64,000 bases of DNA from Pseudomonadota bacterium (lineage in GTDB: Bacteria; Pseudomonadota; Alphaproteobacteria; Rhizobiales; Xanthobacteraceae), in NCBI GenBank assembly GCA_023386635.1, contig JAEWJH010000110.1:20044-84043 (forward strand), given 5' to 3'. How positions within the stretch are numbered: position 1 is the stretch's first letter; every line of letters starts with the position of its first letter. Positions 38,433 to 46,711 of the stretch are shown here, piece after piece. Both the position numbers and the translations under genes were made by a program. The notes beneath the pieces were generated by a model that searched no databases, was not told the DNA's origin, and saw nothing but the letters and a program-made list of their open reading frames with translations.

Positions 38433-38939
38433 GTGAGCAGCTTCTTCAAGTCCGACTCCAAACCCGCCGCCACTCCGGCTGCCGCGGAACCGGCCCCGGC
38501 GCGCAGCGTCGACCGCGTCGCCGAGCAGCCCTCCGTGCTCGGCCGCGGCATGCAGATCACGGGCAACATCGTTTCGACCGGCAGCGTGCAGATCCACGGC
38601 CGCGTCGTCGGCGACATCCAGGCGGCGCAGCTCATCGTCTGCGAAGGCGCCCGCGTCGAAGGCAAGGTGATCGCGCAGGACACCGTCATTCAGGGCACGT
38701 TTAACGGCAACATCCATTCGACCACCGTGAAGCTGCAGAAGACCGCCAAGGTCGACGGCGAAATCTTCTCGCGCTCGCTGATGATCGAGCAGGATGCGCA
38801 GTTCGAGGGCGTGTCGCGCAAGCTCGACAAGCCGGTCGACGCGCCCGGCGCCACCGTGGCGACGCTCGCCACCGCACCGGCCACCGCGCCGAGCAACGTC
38901 ACCGCGCTGCGGGTCGATCCGGCACCGCTCGCGCGCTGA
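38433..38939 (+). CDS. bactofilin (polymer-forming cytoskeletal protein)
   Basis: Beta-helical repeat core: ITGNIVSTGSVQIHGRVVGDIQAAQLIVCEGARVEGKVIAQDTVIQGTFNGNI. Start at GTG 38433 (VSSFFKS). Confidence 0.8.
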   Translation: MSSFFKSDSKPAATPAAAEPAPARSVDRVAEQPSVLGRGMQITGNIVSTGSVQIHGRVVGDIQAAQLIVCEGARVEGKVIAQDTVIQGTFNGNIHSTTVKLQKTAKVDGEIFSRSLMIEQDAQFEGVSRKLDKPVDAPGATVATLATAPATAPSNVTALRVDPAPLAR

Positions 38940-38962
38940 TCGCCGCGATATTTTTGCAAGAC

Positions 38963-38998
38963 GAAGCCCTCTCCTCGCGGAGAGGGCTTCTTTTTGTT
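38963..38998 (+). terminator. rho-independent terminator
   Basis: GAAGCCCTCTCC-TCGC-GGAGAGGGCTTC followed by TTTTTGTT, directly after the bactofilin stop and abutting the capsid gene stop. Confidence 0.8.
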
Positions 38999-39002
38999 GG
39001 TG

Positions 39003-40235
39003 TCAGCTCGCCGAGAACTTCATCAGCTTGATCGCATCGAAGTCCTGCACGCCGCCGCCGACGCGCTTGGTCGTATAGAACAGCACATAGGGCTTGGCGG
39101 AGTAAGGATCGCGCAGCACGCGCACGCCCTGGCGATCCACCACCAGATAGCCGCGGCGGAAATCGCCGAACGCGATCGACAGCGAGTCGGACGCGATGTC
39201 CGGCATGTCCTCGGCCTCGACCACCGGGAAGGTCATCAGCGTCGCGCGGCCGGACGCCTGCGCCGGCGGCTGCCACAGATAGCCGCCCGCCGTGTCCTTG
39301 AACTTGCGGATCGCGGACTGCGTCTTGCGGTTCATCACGAAGCTGCCATTCTGGCGATAGCCCGCGTTCACCGCGTAGATCAGATCGACCAGCTTGTCGG
39401 ACGGGTTGCTCGACGGGAACGCGCCGTCGCTGCCGCTCGCCACGGTGCCGATCTTGCCCCAGGTCCACGACGCATTGGCGACCGTGTCGTAGCTGAGAAA
39501 GCCCTTCGGCTTGTTGGTGCCGTCGCCGGTGACGAACGCCGTGCCCTCCTGCGCGGCGAACACCTGCTCGACCTCGGCGGCGATCCATTCGTCGATGTTC
39601 ACCGCCACGTCCTCGAGCAGCGTGCCGGTCGCGGCCGGCATGGCGTAAAGCTCCATCGCCGGGAATTCCAGTTCGTCGAGCGTCGGCGAGTTGGTCTGCG
39701 GCCGCGACGCGGTTTCGCCGACCCAGCCGGTCGCCGGACCCGCGGTCATGAACGGCTTCGTGTACACATTGCCGGAGATCTCGCGCACCGAGGCGATGGC
39801 GCGGATCGGCGAGATCGCGGCGAGCCGCTTGCCGATCTCGCTCTCCACCTCGGCGGGCACCAGATAGCCGCCGTCCGCCGGCGTGCCGGCCGACATCGCC
39901 TTCACCTCCAGCGCGCGCAGGCCGGCGCTGTCGCCGCCGCGTACATAGGCGTCGAACGCCGATTTATGCTCGCGCGCCGCCTGCGTGGTCGAGCCGCGCG
40001 CATCGGCGGCGGCCAGCGCCGGCCGCGCCGCCTTCAGCATCAGCGTGTCGATGGCGCGATCGATGCGAGCCACCTTCTCCTCCAGCAGCGGATCGCCGCC
40101 GCGCTTGTCGATCTCGGCGATGCGCTCGTCGTTCGCGTCCTTGAACGCTTCGAACGCGCGCATCATGTCGCCGTGGGTGACGAGGCTATCGCCGGGAATG
40201 CCGGACTTGGTTTCGAGTTCGCTGTCGATGGTCAT
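39003..40235 (-). CDS. HK97-family phage major capsid protein
   Basis: 410 aa. N-terminal coiled delta-like region, then GGYLVPAEVESEI...LEFPAMELYAMP...AFVTGDGTNKPKGFL, typical of HK97-fold capsids (RcGTA g5 position). Confidence 0.9.
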   Translation of the reverse strand: MTIDSELETKSGIPGDSLVTHGDMMRAFEAFKDANDERIAEIDKRGGDPLLEEKVARIDRAIDTLMLKAARPALAAADARGSTTQAAREHKSAFDAYVRGGDSAGLRALEVKAMSAGTPADGGYLVPAEVESEIGKRLAAISPIRAIASVREISGNVYTKPFMTAGPATGWVGETASRPQTNSPTLDELEFPAMELYAMPAATGTLLEDVAVNIDEWIAAEVEQVFAAQEGTAFVTGDGTNKPKGFLSYDTVANASWTWGKIGTVASGSDGAFPSSNPSDKLVDLIYAVNAGYRQNGSFVMNRKTQSAIRKFKDTAGGYLWQPPAQASGRATLMTFPVVEAEDMPDIASDSLSIAFGDFRRGYLVVDRQGVRVLRDPYSAKPYVLFYTTKRVGGGVQDFDAIKLMKFSAS

Positions 40236-40281
40236 TCAGATGTCCTTCTCTCTCTGTTTGAAGTTGGAAAGCGGCTGACCG

Positions 40282-40803
40282 CTAAAGAGTGCGGCGCCGG
40301 GACCTCCGGCGAGGCCCGATTTGCGGCATCGCCTTCACGGCATGCACGCGCGCGCCGGTGAGCAGCGGGAACGTGACGATGGAGATTTCCCACAGATCGA
40401 CGATGTCGAGCTTGCGGATGCGGGTCCTCGGATCGATCCGCCCCTTCACCGTGCGAAAGCCGATCGACAGGCCGTCGATGCCGCCCTGGCGCACCAGCGC
40501 GAGCAGCTCGCGGCCGCGCTGCACGTCGGGGATCAATCGTCCCCGCGCGTAAAGCCCGCGGCTGTCCTCGCGCAGTTCGAGCCAGACGCCGACCGGCTCG
40601 GCCGGATCGTGCTGGAACAGCATCGGGATGCGGCGCACCCCGCGCGTACGCAATGTCGCGGCGAACGCGCCGGGCATCACCATGTCGCGCGCCTGGTCGA
40701 GCTCGCCGAACAGCGAGGCATAACCTTCCACCGTGCCGTCGGCATCAATGGTGGCGCGCGGACGGAAGACGCTCGCGAGCGTCGGTTCGAGCGGTGCAAG
40801 CAT
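40282..40803 (-). CDS. HK97-family prohead protease
   Basis: VEGYASLFGELDQARDMVMPGAF...MLFQHD...DGLSIGFR is typical of the S78/U35 prohead proteases (g4 position). Confidence 0.85.
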   Translation of the reverse strand: MLAPLEPTLASVFRPRATIDADGTVEGYASLFGELDQARDMVMPGAFAATLRTRGVRRIPMLFQHDPAEPVGVWLELREDSRGLYARGRLIPDVQRGRELLALVRQGGIDGLSIGFRTVKGRIDPRTRIRKLDIVDLWEISIVTFPLLTGARVHAVKAMPQIGPRRRSRRRTL

Positions 40804-40881
40804 GGCAAATCCTTCCCCGCCCCCTTTCGGGACGAGGCTGAAACGACCGGATTGTGGGATGATCAGCGCGTTATCGAACGA

Positions 40882-41073
40882 TCAGGACTTTCGGTCGCGC
40901 TTCGGCTTCGTGCTCTTGGTGCCCGTGCCGGTCGGCTTCGCCGTGGCGCGCTTGTGCGCGCGGTCGAGGTGGCGCAGAAATTCGCGGAACACGATCAGAT
41001 GATCGGCGCGCATGGGCTTGTCCGCGCTCTTGGTCTCGTTGATCGTGCGCAGCACGGTATGCAGCGTATCCAT
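40882..41073 (-). CDS. small hypothetical protein (63 aa, Lys/Thr-rich tail)
   Basis: ORF between portal and protease. Coding potential is plausible, but no motif was recognised. Confidence 0.35.
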   Translation of the reverse strand: MDTLHTVLRTINETKSADKPMRADHLIVFREFLRHLDRAHKRATAKPTGTGTKSTKPKRDRKS

Positions 41074-41085
41074 TCTCGATTTCTC

Positions 41086-41322
41086 CTAGATTCTGGACGT
41101 GATCTTTTCGGAAAACCGGTTCCCCCTTTTCCGGATCACGCCCTGGCGATGCAATTCATTGAAGCGCGCAAGCTCGCGCACGAAATCGTCGAAGCGGCGC
41201 GCGGCCTGCGTCATCTCGCGGAACGCGAACCAGGCCAGTGCCGTGGTCGTCGACGCCCACAGGAACAGCGCGAGATGCGCGAGGTCGCCGCGGGTGATGA
41301 AGATGTCGATCAGATCGGACAT
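41086..41322 (-). CDS. small hypothetical membrane protein (78 aa)
   Basis: ATG 41322 (MSDLIDIFITRGDLAHLALFLWASTTTALAWFAF) with one hydrophobic helix, directly downstream of the portal gene. Confidence 0.35.
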   Translation of the reverse strand: MSDLIDIFITRGDLAHLALFLWASTTTALAWFAFREMTQAARRFDDFVRELARFNELHRQGVIRKRGNRFSEKITSRI

Positions 41323-41478
41323 GACATTGCACTCCGCAACACACTCAGCCTCATCCTGGGAGCGATCCGTCAGCACCGCGCCTCGAAGGATGGCTGCACA
41401 GAGACACTCTCCCGCCTCACCCTGCGAGACGCGCTTCGCGTTTCTCGGGATGAGGCTCCTCGCGGAATTTGCGGCCAT

Positions 41479-42663
41479 TCACCCCACAACATCCCCGCCG
41501 GCGATGGCCCCATAGCCCGTCGCCGCGCGCTTCTCGTTGATGGTGAGGAACGGCGCATCGGTGACGCGCTGCCACAGCGCGGTGCGGTCAGCCGACAGCG
41601 CATCGATCCGGTCGGTATCGATGGCGAGCCGCAGCGCCGCGCCGTTCGCGAACGCCGGCGCGAGCCATTGCGTCAGCGCGCCGGCGATCCGCGTCGCCAG
41701 CGGCAGGATCGTCGCGCGCCACAGCGTGCGGTTCGCTTCCTGATAATTCGCATAGGTGTTGTCGCCGGGAATGCCGAGCAGCATCGGCGGCACGCCGAAC
41801 GCCAGCGCGATCTCGCGCGCCGCCGCGTTCTTCGCGTCCATGAAGTCCATGTCCTTCGGCGTCATCGACATCGCCTTCCAGTCGAGCCCGCCTTCCAGCA
41901 GCAGCGGACGCCCCGCGTTGCCCGCGCCCTGATACTGGTCGGACAGTTCGCGCTTGAGCCGTTCGAACTGCCCGTCGGAGAGCACCGCGCCGTCCGGCCC
42001 CGCGTAGATCAAAGCGCCGGACGGCCGCGCCGCATTGTCCAGCAGCGCCTTGTTCCAGGCCGCCGCCGCATTGTGCGTATCGACCGCCACCGCCGCGGCG
42101 TCGAGCGGCGGCAGGCCGTAATGATCGTCGAGCGGATTGAGGAACGTCAGATGCAGGATCGGCGGCACCGGGCGCGCGCTCTGATCGAACCGCATGCTGC
42201 GCCCGCCGACCGTGTAGTCGAACGCTTCCGGCCAGCCGTCGGCGCCGGGCACAACGCGCATGCGGTCCGGCCGCAGCGCATAAAGTTCGCGCACGGTGTC
42301 GCTCTCCAGCGCCACCGCTTCGAGATAGGCGTTGCCGGCGAGCAGCAGATGCGTGGTCACGGCTTCGAGCAGGCTCGCGCCGTCCTGGCGCGGATTGGGC
42401 CGCGCGATCAGGTCGAGCAGCGGATGCGTGTCGTGCTCGCGCGCATCCTCATGCAGCAGGAACGATACGGAGCCGACGCCCTCGGCAACGAGCCGCACCG
42501 CGCGATGCACCACCGCGTTCTTCGCATAACCTTCCCGTGCCAGCGCCGCATAGTCGCGCGGCGTCCATCGCGCGCGCCCGCCGCTTTCCAGCGCGATCAG
42601 CCGCGCGGTGCGCGAGGCTTTCGCTTCGGGAGCCGTCAACATGTGTTTGATGAAATCGAACAT
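41479..42663 (-). CDS. HK97-family phage portal protein
   Basis: 394 aa from ATG 42663 (MFDFIKHMLT). It contains a conserved portal core (NAYLEAV..., FLNPLDDHYGLPPL, ANYQEANR) and sits at the g3 position. Confidence 0.85.
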   Translation of the reverse strand: MFDFIKHMLTAPEAKASRTARLIALESGGRARWTPRDYAALAREGYAKNAVVHRAVRLVAEGVGSVSFLLHEDAREHDTHPLLDLIARPNPRQDGASLLEAVTTHLLLAGNAYLEAVALESDTVRELYALRPDRMRVVPGADGWPEAFDYTVGGRSMRFDQSARPVPPILHLTFLNPLDDHYGLPPLDAAAVAVDTHNAAAAWNKALLDNAARPSGALIYAGPDGAVLSDGQFERLKRELSDQYQGAGNAGRPLLLEGGLDWKAMSMTPKDMDFMDAKNAAAREIALAFGVPPMLLGIPGDNTYANYQEANRTLWRATILPLATRIAGALTQWLAPAFANGAALRLAIDTDRIDALSADRTALWQRVTDAPFLTINEKRAATGYGAIAGGDVVG

Positions 42664-42685
42664 GGTTCCTCGTGTTTCTCGCGCC

Positions 42686-44047
42686 TTACAATCCCCGCAC
42701 CTGCGGCCGCCCCTTCGGCCCGAGGCACAGCACGGTGAGCGCCCACACCAGCGCGTCGAGCCGGTCGGGCGAGCGGCCGTTCGACAATCCGTCGAGGCCG
42801 AAGTCGCAGAGTTCATCCTCCAGCGCGGCGAACGCGCCGACGTGATGCACCCGCCCCTGCTCGTACAACGCGGCGACCGGCTCGGCCCGCACATGCTTGC
42901 CGCGCATCGCGCGCACCGCGATCACCGGCGCCGCCGGATCGCATTCGCCGATCACCGCGCGCACCATGTCGCCACCCTGGTTGACCTCGGCGACGATGGC
43001 GTCGGCGGACAGGCGATGCCACAGCGCCACGGCGCGGCTCGCCCATGCCGCCGGCGACAAGCCGCCGCCGCTCTCGTCGGCGAGCACATAGGCGTGTCCG
43101 CTTTCGGCGACACCGGCGGCGACGATGCCGCAGGCATCCGCGCCCTGACGCGCCGAGGCCGGCGGATCGACCGCCACCACGATCCGTGTCAGCGGCAGCG
43201 CGGCGCTCACACGGCCCGCCTCGATCGATCCGCGCGACCACAGCGCATCCGGCCGGTCCTCGATGATCTCGCCATCGAGCTCCTGCCGTCCGAGCCGCGT
43301 GCCGGCGTAGCGCGCGACCACGCTGTTGAGGAATGTCGGCGCGAGATGATGCGCGTTGACCTGTGTCGCCGCGCGCGTCACCGCCGTCGCCGGGTCCGCG
43401 AACAGCCGCCGGATGAGCGGGATCGGCCGCGGCGTGGTGGTGACCAGTTGCCGCGGCCAGTCGCCGAGCCGCAACGCGAATTGCAGCATGTCGAAACAGG
43501 CGTCCGCATAGCGCCACTTGGCGAGTTCGTCGCACCATGCGGCGAAAAATTGCGGGCCGCGCAGGCTGTCCGGGTCTTCCGCCGAGAAGGTCTGCGCGAC
43601 GACGCCGTTGCGAAATTCCAGCCGCCGCCGCGACGGCGTCCACACCGGCCGGTCGCGGCGCGGATGCACGGCCAGCAGGCTGGAGACGCCCTCGACCATC
43701 ACCTCGCGCACGTCATGGTCGGTTTCGCCGATCAGCGCGATGGTGCCGCCGCCGCGCCTTCCCAATTCGTCGCGCGCCAGGGCGCGCACCCATTCGGCGC
43801 CGAGGCGCGTCTTGCCCGCGCCGCGTCCGCCGAGCACCAGCCATGTGGTCCACGGTCCGCCGCCTGGCGCCAGCGCCGGCGGCTTCTGATGATCGTGTGC
43901 CAGCATCGCCCAGTCGCCGAGCGCGTCATCGACGGCATCGTCATTCTGCTTCAGAACCGTCTCGATCTTTTCGTCTTGCGACAAGTTCGTCCATCGTTCG
44001 CATAAGTTCGAGCCGGTAGGAATCGAGGCTGCGCGGCTGGTCGTCAT
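42686..44047 (-). CDS. phage/GTA terminase large subunit
   Basis: Walker A WLVLGGRGAGKTRLGAEWV preceded by the DW..LAHDHQKPP pattern seen in GTA-type TerL, and a nuclease half at the C-terminus. The start is uncertain (ATG 44047 chosen). Confidence 0.8.
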   Translation of the reverse strand: MTTSRAASIPTGSNLCERWTNLSQDEKIETVLKQNDDAVDDALGDWAMLAHDHQKPPALAPGGGPWTTWLVLGGRGAGKTRLGAEWVRALARDELGRRGGGTIALIGETDHDVREVMVEGVSSLLAVHPRRDRPVWTPSRRRLEFRNGVVAQTFSAEDPDSLRGPQFFAAWCDELAKWRYADACFDMLQFALRLGDWPRQLVTTTPRPIPLIRRLFADPATAVTRAATQVNAHHLAPTFLNSVVARYAGTRLGRQELDGEIIEDRPDALWSRGSIEAGRVSAALPLTRIVVAVDPPASARQGADACGIVAAGVAESGHAYVLADESGGGLSPAAWASRAVALWHRLSADAIVAEVNQGGDMVRAVIGECDPAAPVIAVRAMRGKHVRAEPVAALYEQGRVHHVGAFAALEDELCDFGLDGLSNGRSPDRLDALVWALTVLCLGPKGRPQVRGL

Positions 44048-44309
44048 CGTTCGGTCCGGTGTTGTCGTTCGCGCTGCAGGCGGACAGTTCGCGGAGCACC
44101 TTGGCGAGCGCAGCGAGCGTGCGCGCATCGCGCTCGCGGTCGGCAGGCGCGCGATCCTCTGCCGTCAGGCTCTGCCGCATGTCGGCGATCTGCGCTGCGG
44201 CAATGTCGGCGAACAGATCGAGGATGCCGGCGCGGCCCGCGGCCCCGAGCGGGCGCGCCTCCACGACCGGCTCCGCCGCGTATGCCGGCGGCTCGTCGCG
44301 CTGTCCCAT
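43941..44309 (-). CDS. g1-like small ORF upstream of terminase (possible small terminase)
   Basis: 122-aa acidic ORF from ATG 44309 with a GGGGGAGAG Shine-Dalgarno. The call rests on position only. Confidence 0.4.
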   Translation of the reverse strand: MGQRDEPPAYAAEPVVEARPLGAAGRAGILDLFADIAAAQIADMRQSLTAEDRAPADRERDARTLAALAKVLRELSACSANDNTGPNDDDQPRSLDSYRLELMRTMDELVARRKDRDGSEAE

Positions 44310-44324
44310 CGTGCTCTCCCCCAA

Positions 44325-44356
44325 AGCAAAACGCACCGGAGCGATCCGGTGCGTTT
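44325..44356 (-). terminator. rho-independent terminator
   Basis: Minus-strand RNA reads AAACGCACCGG-AUCGCU-CCGGUGCGUUU followed by UGCUUUGG: 11-bp perfect stem, 6-nt loop. Confidence 0.75.
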
Positions 44357-44387
44357 GGATATTCGTTCGTCGCGGCGCGCGGTGCCG

Positions 44388-44540
44388 TCAGCGCATGAAG
44401 AAATACCAGAGCAGCGCGAAGATCACGCCGATGGCGCCGGTGCTGGCCAGCAGCACCATCAGCACGCTCGGTCCGCGCTCTCCCTGCCGCGCTTCCTTCG
44501 CCGTTTCGACGATCTGTCCCTCTCGATTCACCTGCGCCAT
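44388..44540 (-). CDS. small membrane protein (50 aa)
   Basis: MAQVNREGQIVETAKEARQGERGPSVLMVLLASTGAIGVIFALLWYFFMR has one C-terminal TM helix. A strong terminator follows. Confidence 0.5.
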   Translation of the reverse strand: MAQVNREGQIVETAKEARQGERGPSVLMVLLASTGAIGVIFALLWYFFMR

Positions 44541-44702
44541 TACATCCTCATGATTTCCATGCGTGGCCCACGGCGCGAGAACGCCGTTCCACGGCTGACG
44601 TAAGGTCAACGCCGCCGGCGCGGTTTCGTTCAGATGCAATTGTGGAGCGTAGGCAGACCATAGCCCGGCAGCGTCACGCTGTCAAGACTTATTTCCTAGG
44701 AT

Positions 44703-44906
44703 TTAAAACCCTAGAGACCAGCCTGTGGATGACGCCGGTTCAGGCGCGGTCCGGCACGAGGCCGGACGGTTGCCCTCGCCCCAGATGAAGCCGCATTTGG
44801 AACAGCCGCCCAGTGCCGTCCCGGCGACCAGAAGCGCCAGCAGCAGCGCGGCCTGCCGGGCGCGCGCGCGGCGGGAGACAGGGTGCGTCTTCAAGGTGCG
44901 GGTCAT
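44703..44906 (-). CDS. small lipoprotein (67 aa)
   Basis: Signal peptide with the lipobox LGGC (LLLALLVAGTALGGCSKC). Confidence 0.45.
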   Translation of the reverse strand: MTRTLKTHPVSRRARARQAALLLALLVAGTALGGCSKCGFIWGEGNRPASCRTAPEPASSTGWSLGF

Positions 44907-44958
44907 CGCGGCAGCCTACCTCAACCCGGCATGGTCCGCGAGGGCTTCGGCGGCCGGC

Positions 44959-46506
44959 TTATTGCGGCGGCGTCCGCGAGGCCGGCGCGCCGGTTTCCAG
45001 CACCGGATGCTCGGCCGCCGGGCCGCGCAGCGGCTTCTCCTCGAGCGCGATCATGAAGCAAAGGCCGAAGGCGAGCACCAGCGCCACCGCCATGAACACG
45101 AAGCGGAACGCCAGCACGAGATCGTGGCCGGAGGCCGCGTGCGCGAGCTGCTCCACCGCCACATTAGCGCCGGCGCCGCCGAGACCGGTGAGCACGATCG
45201 CGCCGAGCAGCGCGACCACCACCGACGAGAACAGCGAGCGGAAAAAATTAGACGCACCGGTCGCGACGCCCATCTGCGGTGCCGCGACGACGTTCTGCAT
45301 CGACACCGTGGCGATCGGGAACACGAGACCCATGCCAAGGCCGATCACGGCGAACAGCACGATCACCAGCACGATCGGCATGCTGCCCGGCCAGATCGCG
45401 AGCGCAGCGAGCGCGATGATCGCCTCGACCAGACCGGCGAGCCCCATCCGCTTGTAGTGCGTGACATGCATCATCGCCTTGCCGGCCACCGTCGAGGAGG
45501 TCACGGTGCCCGCCATCAGCGGGATCAGCGCGAGGCCGGACTGGCTCGCCGACAGTTGCATCGCCACTTCGAAATACAGCGGCACGAAAATCGTCAGGCC
45601 GACCATCGCGCCCATGGTGCAGGCGCCGGTCAGCGCCGCGCAGCGCACGATCGGATTGCCGAGCACGGAGAGCGGCAGGAATGGCTCCGGCGTCGCCACC
45701 AGCCGCCAGCCGAACAAGGCCCAGCACACCGCCGACGCCAGCAACAGGCCGCCGATCGGCGCGGAGATCCATTCGAAATGCCGGCCGCCCCAGGTCAGCG
45801 CCAGCAGCAGCGGCACCGAGCCGAACATCATCAGCACCGCGCCGATCAGATCGAGCCGGTGACGGCGCGGCCGATACGGCACGCGGCGCAGCGTGATGAA
45901 ACAGGTGACGAAGGCGATCAGCCCGAGCGGCAGATTGATCCAGAAGATGAAGGACCAGTCGATATGCTCGGTGAGAAATCCGCCGAGCACCGGCCCGCCG
46001 ACCGACGACACCGCGAACACCGCGGAAATGTAGCCCTGATAGCGGCCGCGTTCGCGCGGTGTGACGATGTCGGCGATGATGGTCTGCGCCAGCGCCATCA
46101 GCCCGCCGCCGCCGAGTCCTTGCAGCGCGCGCGCGATGATCAGCGTCAGCATGTTCGGCGCCATCGCGCAGGCGATCGAGCCGGCGACGAAGATGCCGAC
46201 GCCGATCAGCATCATGATGCGCCGGCCGTAATTATCCGACAGCTTGCCGTAGAGCGGCGTCACCGCGGTGCCGGTGAGCAGATAGGCCGTGACCACCCAG
46301 GACAGGTTCTCGACGTCGTTGAAGTGCCGGCCGATGGTCGGCAGCGCCGTGGCGATGATGGTCTGGTCCAGCGCGCCGAGGAACATCGCCATGGCGATGC
46401 CGGCGATCACGGCCTTCACCTCGGCATGGGTCAGGACCTGCGCAGGCGCGGGCTTGTGACGGGATGCCTTGTGACGGGGCGCGTGAGGCTTCTGATGTTC
46501 GGTCAT
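44959..46506 (-). CDS. MFS transporter, DHA2 (EmrB/QacA, 14-TMS) family
   Basis: LDQTIIATALPTI and GKLSDNYGRR motifs and about 14 hydrophobic segments. Start at ATG 46506. Confidence 0.85.
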   Translation of the reverse strand: MTEHQKPHAPRHKASRHKPAPAQVLTHAEVKAVIAGIAMAMFLGALDQTIIATALPTIGRHFNDVENLSWVVTAYLLTGTAVTPLYGKLSDNYGRRIMMLIGVGIFVAGSIACAMAPNMLTLIIARALQGLGGGGLMALAQTIIADIVTPRERGRYQGYISAVFAVSSVGGPVLGGFLTEHIDWSFIFWINLPLGLIAFVTCFITLRRVPYRPRRHRLDLIGAVLMMFGSVPLLLALTWGGRHFEWISAPIGGLLLASAVCWALFGWRLVATPEPFLPLSVLGNPIVRCAALTGACTMGAMVGLTIFVPLYFEVAMQLSASQSGLALIPLMAGTVTSSTVAGKAMMHVTHYKRMGLAGLVEAIIALAALAIWPGSMPIVLVIVLFAVIGLGMGLVFPIATVSMQNVVAAPQMGVATGASNFFRSLFSSVVVALLGAIVLTGLGGAGANVAVEQLAHAASGHDLVLAFRFVFMAVALVLAFGLCFMIALEEKPLRGPAAEHPVLETGAPASRTPPQ

Positions 46507-46590
46507 GGTCGAGGTTTCCGGCCCACCGACATGGCTTAAGCCTGTGCCATTGGCAATCTGTTCCGGCGCGGGTCTGGCATGAGCGGCCCT

Positions 46591-46709
46591 CCTCATCCTG
46601 AGGAGCGATCCGTCAGGATCGCGTCTCGAAGGATGAGGCGAGACCGGATTGTACTTCGCCCCATGGTTCGAGACGGCGCGCCTGAGAGGGCCGCCTCCTC
46701 ACCATGAGG
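46591..46709. repeat. REP-like composite palindromic element (family A, inverted copy)
   Basis: The reverse complement of 46591..46638 is nearly identical to 24133..24179. The second unit at 46657..46709 is related to 24076..24120. Confidence 0.8.
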
Positions 46710-46711
46710 TC

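Noticed and set aside
40321-42738. 805-aa plus-strand ORF across the protease/portal region
   Set aside because: It is antisense to clearly recognisable HK97 protease and portal genes, and its composition is dominated by R, A and G.
33039-44309. Intact inducible prophage
   Set aside because: No integrase, repressor, replication, tail or att sequences were found, and the head module is interrupted and truncated. I treat it as a GTA-like or prophage remnant instead.
46657-46680. tRNA-like GGTTCGAG T-arm motif
   Set aside because: It lies inside the family A REP element, and no acceptor or anticodon arms can be built around it. No tRNA was recognised anywhere in the window.
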